Shown here: in pieces, positions 1-12,000 of the stretch
Layout of the letters: each line of letters starts with the position of its first letter
Numbering within the stretch: the first letter of the stretch is position 1
The notes under the pieces: generated by a model
Told to the model about the DNA's origin: nothing
Databases searched by the model: none
The model's input: the letters and a program-made list of their open reading frames with translations, nothing else
Source: Octopus vulgaris
Lineage: Eukaryota
DNA: 64,000 nt
Reading direction: 5' to 3'
NCBI GenBank assembly: GCA_951406725.2
Contig: OX597834.1
Span: 25,730,001 to 25,794,000 of the forward strand
Position numbers and translations under genes: made by a program

Positions 1-278
1 TAAAGGCGGTGCTCCAGCATGGCCACAGTCAAATGACTGAAACAAGTAAAAGAGTAATATATAAGCCTGTGTCTGTGATTATTTTTACCAAGGTAAACTA
101 GTGTGTCAGGTTGCATCTGTTTCTATCAAAAGCATAACTTAGCAAGTTGTTAGAAATCACTAAAATAATTACCAGACTGATACAAATACTGAAGCCCTTC
201 TAGCTTTTAGAATTTGTGGCCCAGCATGGCCTCAGGTCAATGATTGAAACCAGTAAAAGAAATAAAAGTTAAATATGC

Positions 279-671
279 CAGGAGTGGCTGTGTGGTAAGT
301 AGCTTGCTAACCAATCACATGGTTTCGGGTTCAGTCCCACTGCGTGGCATCTTGGGCAAGTGTCTTCTGTTATAGCCCCGGGCCGACCAATGCCTTGTGG
401 GTGGATTTGGTAGACGGAAACTGAAAGAAGCCAGTCGTATATATATATATAAGTGTGTGTGTATATGTTTGTGTGTCTGTGTTTGTCCCCTTAGCATTGC
501 TTGACAACTGATGCTGGTGTGTTTACGTCCCCGTCACTTAGCGTTTCGGCAAAAGAGACCAATAGAATAAGTACTGGGCTTACAAAGAATAAGTCCCGGG
601 GTCAATTTGCTCGAATAAAGGTGGTGCTCCAGCATGGCCGCAGTCAAATGGCTGAAACAAGTAAAAGAGTA
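279..671 (+). mobile_element. SINE family A (tRNA-derived head, CORE-like segment, internal microsatellite, LINE-like tail)
   Basis: Pol III A-box-like TGGCTGTGTGG, B-box-like GGTTCAGTCCC, CTTGGGCAAGT CORE-like motif, (TA)/(TG) tract, tail ending GAAACAAGTAAAAGAG. About 20 full or partial copies in the window, including a tail at 1-55. Confidence 0.85.
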
Positions 672-1277
672 TATTAAACACAAGATTTCGAATTCAATGC
701 AAAAGTTTATCAAATCTTTTAAATGTTTGCATTGATTTTAAAGCCTTCTTTTGAAACTGACTGCTTATGTTTCAATTGATTTTGTAAAAAATGAAGAACT
801 TAGTAAAGTAATTTTGTCGTTATTAAGCTGGTGTTTAGAACATAAATTAGCATGACAATTTAGGTCACTTTAGAGCATGTTGTTTATATTATAGAACCAG
901 GGATGTCTCAGGTGGGTAGATATCAAAGCAGTGTACTGTTTTAGACTGACTTTAACCTTTTTTTTATACCAAAGCACCTGATACCACCTTTTATTCTATA
1001 ACACAAACTTCCTGTTTTAAAGTGAAACCCTCCATCAAAATTTCACATCAATTTAAGTTCCAAATACTAAGGCCATAATGACGAAGTTATTTTACTAAAT
1101 TCTTCATTATTTTCATAATTAATTGAAACAAAAGAAGTGTATTTTAACAGAAATAAATGTAAGATAAAGCTGAAGTATTGTCAGTAAAATCTTTTTTATA
1201 GGAAGTGTTCAACCAACTTATATCTCTCATAGCATTTGAGTAGGTCAGCAAAACCTTCAGTGATCCAATGAAAAGTT

Positions 1278-1530
1278 TTACTGTTCTGCCAATTTGTGTT
1301 TACTATCTTGGATGGGTGGGGGAGGTTTCCCTAGAAGTGTACCACTAATGAATTCTTGAGTTCTCCAACAGTGTCTTGCAAAACACCTGCCTTTCCCTCT
1401 GATGATAGTAAAAAGATTGCCATACAGTCTTTGTTGAGTTGGATGCTTTTTATAGGAGATATTCAGGATAGCTTGTAACATTTAGGTGTAAGCACCACCA
1501 AGCATTGCCTTCAGGTGTTTGGTGAGTGTC
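1278..1530 (-). mobile_element. Degenerate RTE-type LINE ORF C-terminal fragment
   Basis: MLQAILNISYKKHPTQQRLYGNL...FARHCWR is homologous to the fragment at 20344-20712. Confidence 0.7.
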
Positions 1531-1885
1531 CCAACAGTGGACCTGTACAATAGCACTAATTTCATTGTGACTTGCTCAAGGACATAAGACACCAGTCAGT
1601 TTGAGAATTGAACCTGTAACCTCATGATCTGGAGCCCAATACAATAACCACTAGGCCACATGGTTTTAGCTGTGTTTAAGGAGAAGAGAATTCTAAGAGG
1701 TAAGCGCATATCTTTTGTTACAGAAGGAATGGGAAGTATGACCAATGATGAGGAAAAGGCGGGGGGGGGGGGAGACAGAGGATGCTATGAGTTTGTGAAA
1801 GTGAAAGTAAATGATTAGTTTTTGCAGTTCATGAATATAAAAAACTTTTTCTGAAAATTCCTCAAAGAAATATGTTTATCTTGTA

Positions 1886-2200
1886 GAGTAGGATATAAAA
1901 ATGGTTAAGATAAATGTCAGAGATATGCTGACTTGAAGAGTAGGTTGTAAGATTGGTTAAGATAAATGGCAGAGATATGCTGACGTTAAGAATAGGCAGT
2001 AAGGAAGGTTAAGATAATACTTGAGAGATACGGACTTTAAGAATGCTTAATATCAGAGGGATATTAACTCGAGGAATAGCAAATAAGAATGACTAAGAAA
2101 TATATAGGTAAGAAATACTAATTTGAAGAACATGATATAAGAATTTTGAAATGAAAACCAGAAAGATGCTTGTGTGAAGAAAGGGTTGTAAGAATGGTAG
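1886..2200. repeat. Degenerate 52-bp minisatellite
   Basis: GA(G/A)TAGG...GGTTAAGATAA...AGAGATA units start at 1886, 1938 and 1990, then decay. Confidence 0.75.
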
Positions 2201-2321
2201 AGAGAAAGAGAGAGAGATAAAGGGGATGTTTATTGTGTCCTTAATGTCTGGATATATGGACCCTTGAACTTGATTGTATTAGAGTTTGAGGGAAAAGTGA
2301 TCTATAGTGGGAAGCATTTAA

Positions 2322-2540
2322 CCCTTTAGTGTTCTGATTATTCTATCAAACATAATGCTTATTGATTCCTATTGATTTGAATTAATCATGCATTATCTCA
2401 TATCTTCAAGATCTTGATGGTGTAATTACTTAATGTAGAATAACATTGTAGGGTAGGTGTGAGAGCCTGGATCTGGTCAGTTTGAACATAAAACAGATTA
2501 ACTATTTTGGCCGGATATGGCCGGTTTAAATACTAAAGGG
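2322..2540. mobile_element. piggyBac-type MITE family 1
   Basis: TTAA on both sides (2318-2321, 2541-2544); termini CCCTTTAGT...ACTAAAGGG; reverse orientation relative to the 52285 copy. Confidence 0.85.
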
Positions 2541-2580
2541 TTAAGAGTAAAAGTGCCAGAGACAGAGGAACATTTTTTGT

Positions 2581-2873
2581 TCATTTCATTTCATCTAGTT
2601 TCAGCTCATGAGCTGTGGCCATGCTGGGGCACCGCCATTCGGTGTTGCTACATGATTTTACTTCACGAATGCTTTTTTAGCAATTGACATTTGGTGCATG
2701 AGAGAGTTTGATGCAGCTGCCCTCATCTGCACCTCCTGCTGTGAAGTTGGTTCATCTGGGACACCTGACAGGAAGAGGTCCAGCTTTATTTTAAAGACAT
2801 CTGCGTCCACCCCATGCAGGTCTCTCAGATCCTTCAGGAGGATATTGAAGAGATGTGGACCTCTGAAGCCCAG
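2581..2873 (-). mobile_element. 5'-truncated CR1-like LINE 3' end (ORF2 C-terminus, 3' UTR and (TGAAA)n tail)
   Basis: Minus frame 2873-2658 reads LGFRGPHLFNILLKDLRDLHGVDADVFKIKLDLFLSGVPDEP...RAAASNSLMHQ...K*. The 3' UTR GGCGGTGCCCCAGCATGGCCACAG matches the SINE A tail. Confidence 0.75.
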
Positions 2874-3469
2874 TTCATGTAAACAAATAAATGGATTCTC
2901 TTTGATAATGAGTTTTCCAGTTGTTCAATCAACTGAACTACTTACTTAGATAATTATGAGTCTTGGAATATTCCACAGTCGGTTACATTTGAAGCCTTCA
3001 GCAGTCAGTTACATCCTAGGTATACTCAAGTCAATTGTGCTTGGGGTACCTGCACTCACTTATACTCTTAACATAATACCTCAAAGCAGAATTAATATGA
3101 TACTGTGAGCAACAGGACTAATCTTTGAATTATTGGTTCAATCCATCCAGCATGCTTCCATACAGTTTCCATCAGTCCAATTATATTCACAAAGCTTGCA
3201 TCAACCCAAGGCTATTGAAATTTATCCAAAGTACCACATACGTTAGGATTGAAATTGTGAACTCATGGTTTGATGACCTAACAACCTTCTTAATCATTCA
3301 GTTATAGTTACACACATGCAAACACACACGGCCACACCTTTACATGTCTGAGAAGCCAAAAAATCGATTCCAAAATCAAAATCAATATTTTTGTAGTGAA
3401 ACATTTATTTGTGCTTTTTTTATGACATGAAATATTTGAAAGATTTAGAAGACAAACTGGTAAGTTACA

Positions 3470-3725
3470 AGGATGTAAATACATCAAGACTGGTTGTCAA
3501 GTGGTGGTGGGGGACAAACACTGACACAATGACACACATGTATGCACACACACACACATCTGAATGAGCTTCTTTCAGTTTCTGTTGCCCAAACCCTCCC
3601 CTCTCACAAGGTTTTGGTCAGCCGAAGCTATAGTATAAGACACTTACCCAAGGTGCCACAGAGCAGAACTAAACCCAGACCCATATGGTTGAGGAGCAAG
3701 CTTCTTACCACACAGTCAAACCTAC
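3470..3725 (-). mobile_element. SINE family A, diverged partial copy
   Basis: Reverse-complement similarity to the head and central region of family A. Confidence 0.7.
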
Positions 3726-3738
3726 ACACACACACACA

Positions 3739-3771
<33 letters not shown>

Positions 3772-5163
3772 TACACGTGTGTGTGTGTATTTATATATGG
3801 TGCTCTGGGGTTGTACTTGTTTGGCAGGTGATATGATCCTGAGACCTTACATACCTTTTATCAATAAAAGAATTCCTTATATTGATTTAGGCCAAATTGT
3901 TAAACTTTGTTATGTCATTTTGATCTCTGTTTCTTTTTCGGGGAAAAAAAAAAAACATAAAACAAAATAAAACAAAGAAAAAGAATATTTTTGCAATTTC
4001 TGAAATGCTATTAAGTGTCCGTTGTGAGTTCCTGAACCGTTTAGAATAAGTCAAATATCAACTGTATAAATGTAGGGGAAGAAATGTAGGTTAGAGGAAT
4101 TGTTAATAAAGACTTTTGTTTCAAATAGCTATGACAGTAGAAGAAGAAGAGAAAGAAGGTGAAATTATCTTAAATATATTCTTTCAAAAGAAAGCTCCTT
4201 CTCTTTGAAATTGCTGTTTTTACTACACCAAATTGGTGGCACAAAGAAAAAGAAAGAAAAAGGGAAAGGAAAAAGAGAAAAAAAAGTTTAAAATGTCATA
4301 GGTAATTCATGTCTGCAGTTTCTGTTACTCATTCACTGCCATTATTAAATTGTTTTCTTGCAATCACAGGTGTCTTTTCTAATCTCAGCTCAAACTACAT
4401 GCCAACTTGTCAACGAGTGAACCGCTAGATCTGTTTAATGACTAACTCTTCTCCATATGCACTGGCCTCCATAACAATTACAGAGACAATTAATTCTTAG
4501 TATGTCAGCATACCAAACCATGTTATTAGTCGTCTCTTTAGTACAATGTGAAAGAAATAAAATAAAATAAAATGAAATAAAATAAAATAAAATAAAATAA
4601 GAATTATCTCCAATTCTAGTTTCAATGCCACTGCTGGTGCTGTGAGGTTATTTAAGTATGAAGAGGACAAAAAAACAAAAAACAAAACCAGACCCTTCCC
4701 CCTTGCTTCTGTAACTCAAATTGCAACTGTTTAAAAGACTAAGTAGACGAGGCTGTCGAGAGTTAAAATACCGTAAAATAAGGTGGAAATCTGGAAATCT
4801 GTAATCCAATGGAACCAGTGATGCCCTCTATTGGCAACAATCAGTCAACGAGAAAGATTGATGAGTTCAGTTGCTGTGAAGAATGATGGAGTCAAGCATT
4901 TTAGGGTTTGCTTCTTCATGAAGAACAGAGAAAATGTAATGTCACTTGACCTTAGCTCTTTGTGCCTTGTACGAGAGGAAGGACATGGTACTGTCGTTTG
5001 AATTTGGGCCTTTATTCTTTGTCTGAGAGCAAGAAACGGAGATTGGAGGTGGTGCTGCCGTTTGAATTTAGGCCTCTGCTCTTCATCTGTTCCTCACTCT
5101 TGCTAGTGAAGAGCAAAGAAGAAAAAAAATGTTGTTGTGACTATAGGAAAGTAAACAGTAAAT

Positions 5164-5573
5164 AGGCACAGGAGTGGCTGTGTGGTAAGTAGCTTGCTAA
5201 CCAACCACATGGTTCCGGGTTCAGTCCCACTGCGTGGCACCTTGGGCAAGTGTCTTCTGCTATAGCCCCGGGCCGACCAATGCCTTGTGAATGGATTTGG
5301 TAGACGGAAACTGAAAGAAGCCTGTCGTATATATGTATATATATATATATGTATATGTGTGTTTGTGTGTCTGTGTTTGTCTCCCTAGCATCGCTTGACA
5401 ACCGATGCTGGTGTGTTTACGTCCCCCGTCACTTAGCGGTTCGGCAAAAGAGACCGATAGAATAAGTACTGGGCTTACAAAGAATAAGTCCCGGGGTCGA
5501 TTTCCTCGACTAAAGGTGGTGCTCCAGCATGGCCGCAGTCAAATGACTGAAACAAGTAAAAGAGTAAAGAGTA
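5164..5573 (+). mobile_element. SINE family A, full-length young copy
   Basis: Nearly identical to the copies at 279, 6660, 9967 and 63045. Confidence 0.88.
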
Positions 5574-5874
5574 TAAAAATTTAATTACTAAAATTTAGTC
5601 TTTCTTTGATCTTTGAAAATCAGTGATCCACATGGCCTGGTGCTGCTTATCTCCAATTTTCCTTTTCTAGGGTTAGATCAATCTACCTGTAGATGAGACC
5701 CTGGCCTATTGCAAGTAGCTTTTCCTTCCACTTGAGGAATTGAACTCAGCATTGCAGTCTCACAAATCGCTCATCAAATTAACCGTGCTCCCTACACTGA
5801 TTGGAACAATAAGTCATATCTACCTTGCAGTACCTATATCCAGCTTGGAGTATTGGGTGAATTAAGAAATAAAT

Positions 5875-6282
5875 GTGCAGGAGTGGCTGTGTGGTAAGTA
5901 GCTAGCTTACCAACCACATGGTTCCGGGTTCAGTCCCACTGCATGGCACCTTGGGCAAGTGTCTTCTACTATAGCCTCAGGCTGACCAAAGCCTTGTGAG
6001 TGGATTTGGTAGACGGAAACTGAAAGAAGCCCGTCGTATATATGTATATATGTGTATACATATATATATATACACATATATATGTGTGTCTGTCTGTGTA
6101 TCTGTGTTTGTCTTCCCAACATCGCTTGACAACCGATGCTGGTGTGTTTACGTCCCTGTAACTTAGCAGTTCAGTAAAAGAGACCGATAGAATAAGTACT
6201 AGGCTTACATTTGCTTGACTAAAGATGGTGCTCCAGCATGGCCACAGTCAAATGACTGAAACAGGAAAATGAATAAAAGAGT
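5875..6282 (+). mobile_element. SINE family A
   Basis: Full head and tail with a small internal deletion. Confidence 0.85.
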
Positions 6283-6659
6283 GCCACCAATGAACAGAAA
6301 TCACTGCCAAAAGCAAGATCTGAACCAACAAACTGTTGGCTTGTTCAATGCTACCTTATCTCGTTAGTCATTCAATGAATGAGAATTAATTGCGTTCAAC
6401 ATTGAAATTTTTGTAAATTTTTTCTAAGACAAAAGTAGGAAGCTGAAAATAATAAATTAGCTGTGTAAGATAGACTAAGCGTAAGAAGCATGTATCATTT
6501 GTACAAGATTAAGAAACCTGAGCTGCAATACTTTTAAAAGATAAGATATGAAAGGCTTGACTACCGAAAAAGTATTTAATCTTAAAGTATTAATCATACC
6601 AACCTACTTAAGACCACCTCTGATTTTTTCTTAGAAAAACTTCTAATAGTGTACTTATT

Positions 6660-7064
6660 AGGCGCAGGAGTGGCTTTGTGGTAAGTAGCTTGCTAACCAA
6701 CCACATGGTTCCGGGTTCAGTCCCACTGCATGGCATCTTGGGCAAGTGTCTTCTGCTATAGCCCCTAGCCGACCAATGCCTTCTGAGTGGATTTGGTAGA
6801 CGGAAACTGAAAGAAGCCTGTCATATATATGTATATTTATATATGTATGTGTGTGTGTGTTTGTGTGTCTGTGTTTGTCCCCATAGCATTGCTTGACAAC
6901 CGGTGCTGGTGTGTTTACGTCCCCCGTCACTTAGCGGTTCGGCAAAAGAGACCGATAGAATAAGTACTGGGCTTACAAAGAATAAGTTCCGGGGTCGATT
7001 TGCTCGACTAAAGGCGGTGCTCCAGCATGGCCGCAGTCAAATGACTGAAACAAGTAAAAGAGTA
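6660..7064 (+). mobile_element. SINE family A, full-length
   Basis: AGGCGCAGGAGTGGC head through the GTAAAAGAG tail. Confidence 0.88.
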
Positions 7065-7153
7065 ATAGAGAGAGAGAGAGTAATTTAAATTAAAACCTTC
7101 CATCAAAATTTTATACAAGAAACTTTAAAGTTTTGTTCTAAATATCATCTTAA

Positions 7154-7363
7154 CCCTTTGGCATTCAGGTTACTCTGCCAGATGTAATGCTTATTTATTC
7201 GTATTACTTTGAATGAGTCATCTGTTATCTCATAGTTTTGAGGTTTCTATGATGTGATTGTGTACTTTTAGAATAACATCGCAGGGAAGTTGTGAGAGGC
7301 TGGATTTGACCAGTTTGAACAAGTAGGATATTTTGGCTGTCTCAGGCTGGTTTAAATGCTAAA
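7154..7363. mobile_element. piggyBac-type MITE family 1, diverged
   Basis: TTAA-CCCTTTGGC left end; internal similarity to the 2322 copy; right end eroded. Confidence 0.65.
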
Positions 7364-8548
7364 TTCTAAATAATGGTTTCTAATTTAGGCGCAAGGCCAG
7401 CAATTTTGAAGGGAGGTAATTAGCTGATGCCATCAACCCCAGTACTTCACTGGAACTTTACTTCATCGACCTTAAAAGGCTGAAAAGCAACATAGGCCAT
7501 GAAGGGACCTGAATTAAAAACATAAAGAACTAGAAAATACTATGTATATGTATGTTTGTCTTTGTGCTTTCCATCCTACTGCTTAACTACTGATGTTGGT
7601 TTGTTTATATCCCTTTAACTTAGCTGTTTGGCAAAAGGTGACCAATAGAAAAAGTACCAGACTTTAAAAAAAAAAACAAGTACCAGGGTTGGTTTGTTTG
7701 ACTGAACCTGTCATGGGCAAAGTATGGCACACCAGTAATGAAAAATTACCTTAAATTATTTTGATTTAGCCTGTGCTGGTTAAACGATGATGATGATGAT
7801 GATGAGTGTGGCCCAGCTGATGATAGCCCATGTCTCATTTTGCATGCTTGACTTGAGAAAGGTTGCCCATGTTTGAATTAAACCTTCGAGGTGGTGCTCC
7901 AGCATGGCTGCAGTTCAGTGCAGTTCAACAAGTAAAGAATAAAAGATAGTTTTCAAAATGAAATTGTAAGACAAAGGCTGTGTATTTCCTGAGAAATATC
8001 TTCATGGGAAGCATTAATGGTTCAGTTGTTTGTGTTTATTTTAGATTGAGTTAAAGAATTTATGAGAATTATCGGAATATGAGGTATAAATGGTAGATTT
8101 GATGAGAAGAACATAAAACACAGACCTGTTAATGTGTTGGTTGTATTAATTGCAGTCAGTCGGCTCTGATTATGTCTTCTACAAGAATAAATACTGGTTT
8201 GTTCATAAAAGTTAGCCAACTGAATTAAATTACATGTAAGCAAACAAGCTTCACACACACACGTGAGTATGTGCATGTGTTTGTGTGTGTTTGACTCCCC
8301 ATTGTTTGGCAACCGGTCTTGGTTTGTTTATTTCCCCATAACTTATTGACTCAGCAAAAGGGACAGATGGAATAAGTACCAGATGTAAACAAATAAGTAC
8401 CGGGGTTGATTTGTTTGATTAAAGCAGTGATTCTCAACCAGGGTCCATATGGCTCTTGGGGGTCCATATAAAGTTTCTTTGTCAAAATTTATGTGTAATA
8501 AATTGTTTACACTTCTACGATACACAAAGTAGTTTAATTTTCTTTATA

Positions 8549-8943
8549 CAGGTGTGGCTGTGTGATAAGAAACTTGCTTCCTAACCACATGGTTTTGGTT
8601 TCAGTCCCTTACGTGACACCTAGGGCAAGTGTCTTCTACTATAAGTCTTGGGCTGACCGAAGACTTGTGAGTGGATATGGTAGGCAGAAACTGAAAGAAG
8701 CCTGTCATATGTGTATATACATGTATGTATATGTGTGTGTTTGTTTTTGTGTATGTGTTTGTCCCCCCACCACTACTTGACAACTAGTGTTTGTTTACGT
8801 CCCTGTAACTTAGCAGTTCAGTAAAAGAGACCTATAGAAAAAGAAAAGAATACTGGGGTCGATTCATCTGACTTAAAATTCTTCAAGGCAGTACCCCCAG
8901 CATGGCCGCTGTCGCATGACTGAAAGCTAGTGGAAGATAGAGA
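8549..8943 (+). mobile_element. SINE family A, older subfamily, nested in the hAT MITE
   Basis: Head CAGGTGTGGCTGTGTG, tail CAGCATGGCCGCTGTC. Confidence 0.8.
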
Positions 8944-9033
8944 CAATTCCTAATAATGTTTAATTATATAAATACAGAATTCTTTTTATATACATCAACT
9001 GGCTATGGAGGTCTAGTAGAGTAAGATAGGAAG

Positions 9034-9437
9034 ATGGCGAGCTGGCAGAAATGTTAGCACACCGGGCAAAATGCTTAACGGTATTTTGTCTGCCGTTACA
9101 TTCTGAGTTCAAGTTCCGCTGAGGTCAACTTTGCCTTTCATCATTTCAGGGTCGATTAAATAAGTATCAGTTATGCACTGGGGTTGATATAATCAACTTA
9201 ATCCATTTGTCTGTCCTTGTTTGTTCTCCCTGTGTTTAGCCCCTTGTGGGTAGTAAAGAAATAGGTATTTCGTCTGCTGTTACGTTCTGAGTTCAAATTC
9301 CGCCGAGGTTGACTTTGCTTTTCATCCTTTCAGAGTCGATGAATTAAGTACCAGTTACGCACTGGGGTCGATGTAATCGACTAAATACTTTTGTCTGTCC
9401 CCTCTATGTTTAACCCCTTGTAGGCAATAAAGAAATA
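9034..9437 (+). mobile_element. SINE family B, 1.7-mer, with 16-bp TSD
   Basis: TSD AGAGTAAGATAGGAAG at 9018-9033 and 9438-9453; head GGCGAGCTGGCAGAA; B-box-like GAGTTCAA; core GACTTTGCCTTTCATCCTTTCGGGGTCGAT...ATAAGTACCAG resembling a Meta-type SINE domain. Confidence 0.85.
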
Positions 9438-9966
9438 AGAGTAAGATAGGAAGCAAAAGGGGGGTCCATTGGCAAAAATTGGTTAAGAATCACCGAACTA
9501 AACCCTCTAATGGGCTGCCTTTGAATGGCCGCAGTCTAGTGACTGGAACATGTAAAAAGTAAAAGATATATATATATACACACACACACACATATATATA
9601 TACATACACACACACACGCACACACACATGAAATCAACATAAATTTTCTTTATCTATCATTTTACAAATTGCTGGCAGAAATATCTGTTCTTGCTGTAAT
9701 TTTCCAATAAAACATTGGAATGGAATGAAACAGTAAAGGATTTTATTGCTATTTCCAGCTGGTGGGGGTTTGGCTGCATTGAATATTAAGGATATTGACC
9801 GTGGACACAATGCCAACTTGGCTAGTTTGAACACTACCTTATCCCCTTAGTTAGCTGATGAGAAAAAATTAGTCAAATACTCAGCCAGTTTTATATGCGC
9901 CATGGAAAATTTTCTCTCTCTAAGGCAAGGCAGGAAGCTGAAAATAATAAAATAGTTGTGTAATAT

Positions 9967-10366
9967 AGGCGCAGGAGTGGCTGTGTGGTAAGTAGCTTGC
10001 TAACCAACCACATGGTTCCGGGTTCAGTCCCACTGCGTGGCATCTTGGGCAAGTGTCTTCTGCTATAGCCCCGGGCCGACCAAAGCCTTGTGAGTGGATT
10101 TGGTAGACGGAAACTGAAAGAAGCCTGTCGTATATATGTATGTGTGTGTGTGTGGGTTTATGTGTCTGTGTTTGTCCCCCTAGCATTGCTTGACAACCGA
10201 TGCTGGTGTGTTTACGTCCCCGTCACTTAGCGGTTCGGCAAAAGAGACTGATAGAATAAGTACTGGGCTTACAAAGAATAAGTCCCGGGGTCGATTTGAT
10301 CGACTAAAAGGCGGTGCTCCAGCATGGCCGCAGTCAAATGACTGAAACAAGTAAAAGAGTAAAAGA
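9967..10366 (+). mobile_element. SINE family A with TSD
   Basis: GTAATATAG duplicated at 9960-9968 and 10367-10375. Confidence 0.88.
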
Positions 10367-10764
10367 GTAATATAGACCGAGCTGCTATAGTTTTAAAAGA
10401 TAACCAAGATTTGATACTCAGGGAAAGTATTTAATCTTTTTCATAGCAACCCACGTGAGACCATCTCTTGTTCTTTGATATAAAAAGTGTTTATTGTTTT
10501 TAGATTTTAAACACCCCTAGAGGAAGGTTTTATTTGCTCATTACTTGGAATTCGACCCATCTGTATTTGTATTTAGCTTGTAGAGTGCCCCCCCCCCCAC
10601 CTCACACACCACTCCAGATTTTCTCTTGGTCATGTTGTTGATGTTCATAATCATCACTGCATTCCCTCTTACATACGTGTGTGTGTGTGTATGATTATTC
10701 TTGCCACTTGAGTAAAACATACTTTGCTGAGGAAACATGCATTGTAATCATTAATCTACTTTAA

Positions 10765-10985
10765 TCCTTTAGCATCTAAACCATCCATATCCGGCCCACA
10801 TATTCCACTTGTTTTACGTTCAAACTGGCCACATCCAGCCTCTCACACTTAACCTCGAATGTCATTCTGAAAAATAGAATATCACATCATCGAAATCTCA
10901 AAGCTATGCAATAATGAATGATTAATTCAAAACAATTTGAATTGACAGACATTGCATTTGACAGAATAATCTGAATGCCAAAAGA
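10765..10985. mobile_element. piggyBac-type MITE family 1, diverged
   Basis: TTAA on both sides; 221 bp; colinear with 52285-52505. Confidence 0.75.
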
Positions 10986-11525
10986 TTAAAGACAAGAGCC
11001 ACCCCAATCTGTATTGCCTATGATGTCCAAAATCTTCAATCAATTGAGCTTACGATTTTCCTGTTTTTTTACCTTTTTCACCTATTGAGGGAGATTTTGC
11101 CAGTATGGAAAGTGGACATTAAATGACGATAATGATGATGATATTCTCAGTGGATCAAAAAGTATTCTAAAGTTACATACATCAGATCCTCTATATAGGG
11201 GTTTTTATTGAAACTATTTAGTCCTTGGTCAGCCCTCAAGACATTCTGAGTTTTTTTTCAGGGACAGTGCGTCTAGAACTACATCATTCAATGTTACCTT
11301 TAAAAAATATATATAGCAGGACAGGGGCAAAGAGGATTTCCCTGCTTTTTCTGGCAGTTACAGTTACATATATATAATGTTAGGATAATTCATAGCTGTT
11401 TCCTCTTGAAGCACATCTGCTTATTCCATTATTACAATCCAATACATAGTCTTGGTTGCTGCTGTATGTTGGCCCAAATACATATTACAATTGAGCATTA
11501 TGGAAATATTATTTGCAGCACTATT

Positions 11526-11965
11526 GTGTAACAAAACAGAAAATTGGGAATTTTTTGGTATTATTTATTGACTGTTACTTGTGTTTCATTTGCTAATGGG
11601 AATTACAAAGTTTTACTTCTTAGATATGCATGTAATTTCTTATTAGGACATAGAAATTAAATTATGATAATAGGAGTGGTTGGCGTTAGGAAGGGCATCC
11701 AGCTGTAGAAACACTGCCAGATCTGACTGGCCTGGTGCAGCCTTCGGGCTTCCCAGACCCCAGTTGAACTGTCCAACCCATGCTAGCATGGAAAGCGGAC
11801 GTTAAACGATGATGATGCATTATTTAATTTCTCTGTCTGAAGAATTTCTAATAGGGAATTCCTTACCTGTCTATTTAACATGAAAACTTTGTAACTCCTA
11901 TTAGCAAATGAAACATGTGTAATGATGAATAAATGATACCAAAATATTTCCAGTTTCCTGTTTTG

Positions 11966-11973
<8 letters not shown>
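11526..11973. repeat. Long imperfect inverted repeat with a central RTE-tail insertion
   Basis: Arms of about 11526-11668 and 11818-11973 are reverse complements, e.g. GTTTCATTTGCTAAT / ATTAGCAAATGAAAC. Confidence 0.8.
11672..11817 (+). mobile_element. RTE LINE 3' UTR fragment with (GAT)n tail
   Basis: GGAGTGGTTGGCGTTAGGAAGGGCATCCAGCTGTAG...GGACGTTAAACGATGATGAT. The same tail is attached to RTE coding sequence at 31848-32460. Confidence 0.75.

Positions 11974-12000
<27 letters not shown>

Larger units (their letters stand above)
8425..9495. mobile_element. hAT/Charlie-type MITE carrying two nested SINEs
   Basis: TIRs CAGTGATTCTCAACCA / TGGTTAAGAATCACCG. It interrupts an old SINE A tail and is homologous to 17128-17447. 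Confidence 0.75.

Noticed and set aside
5141-5401. Recurrent ORFs with EDTCPRCHAVGLNPEPCGW (also at 5907, 6658, 9920 and 63209)
   Set aside because: Antisense translation of the SINE A head, not a zinc-finger gene family.
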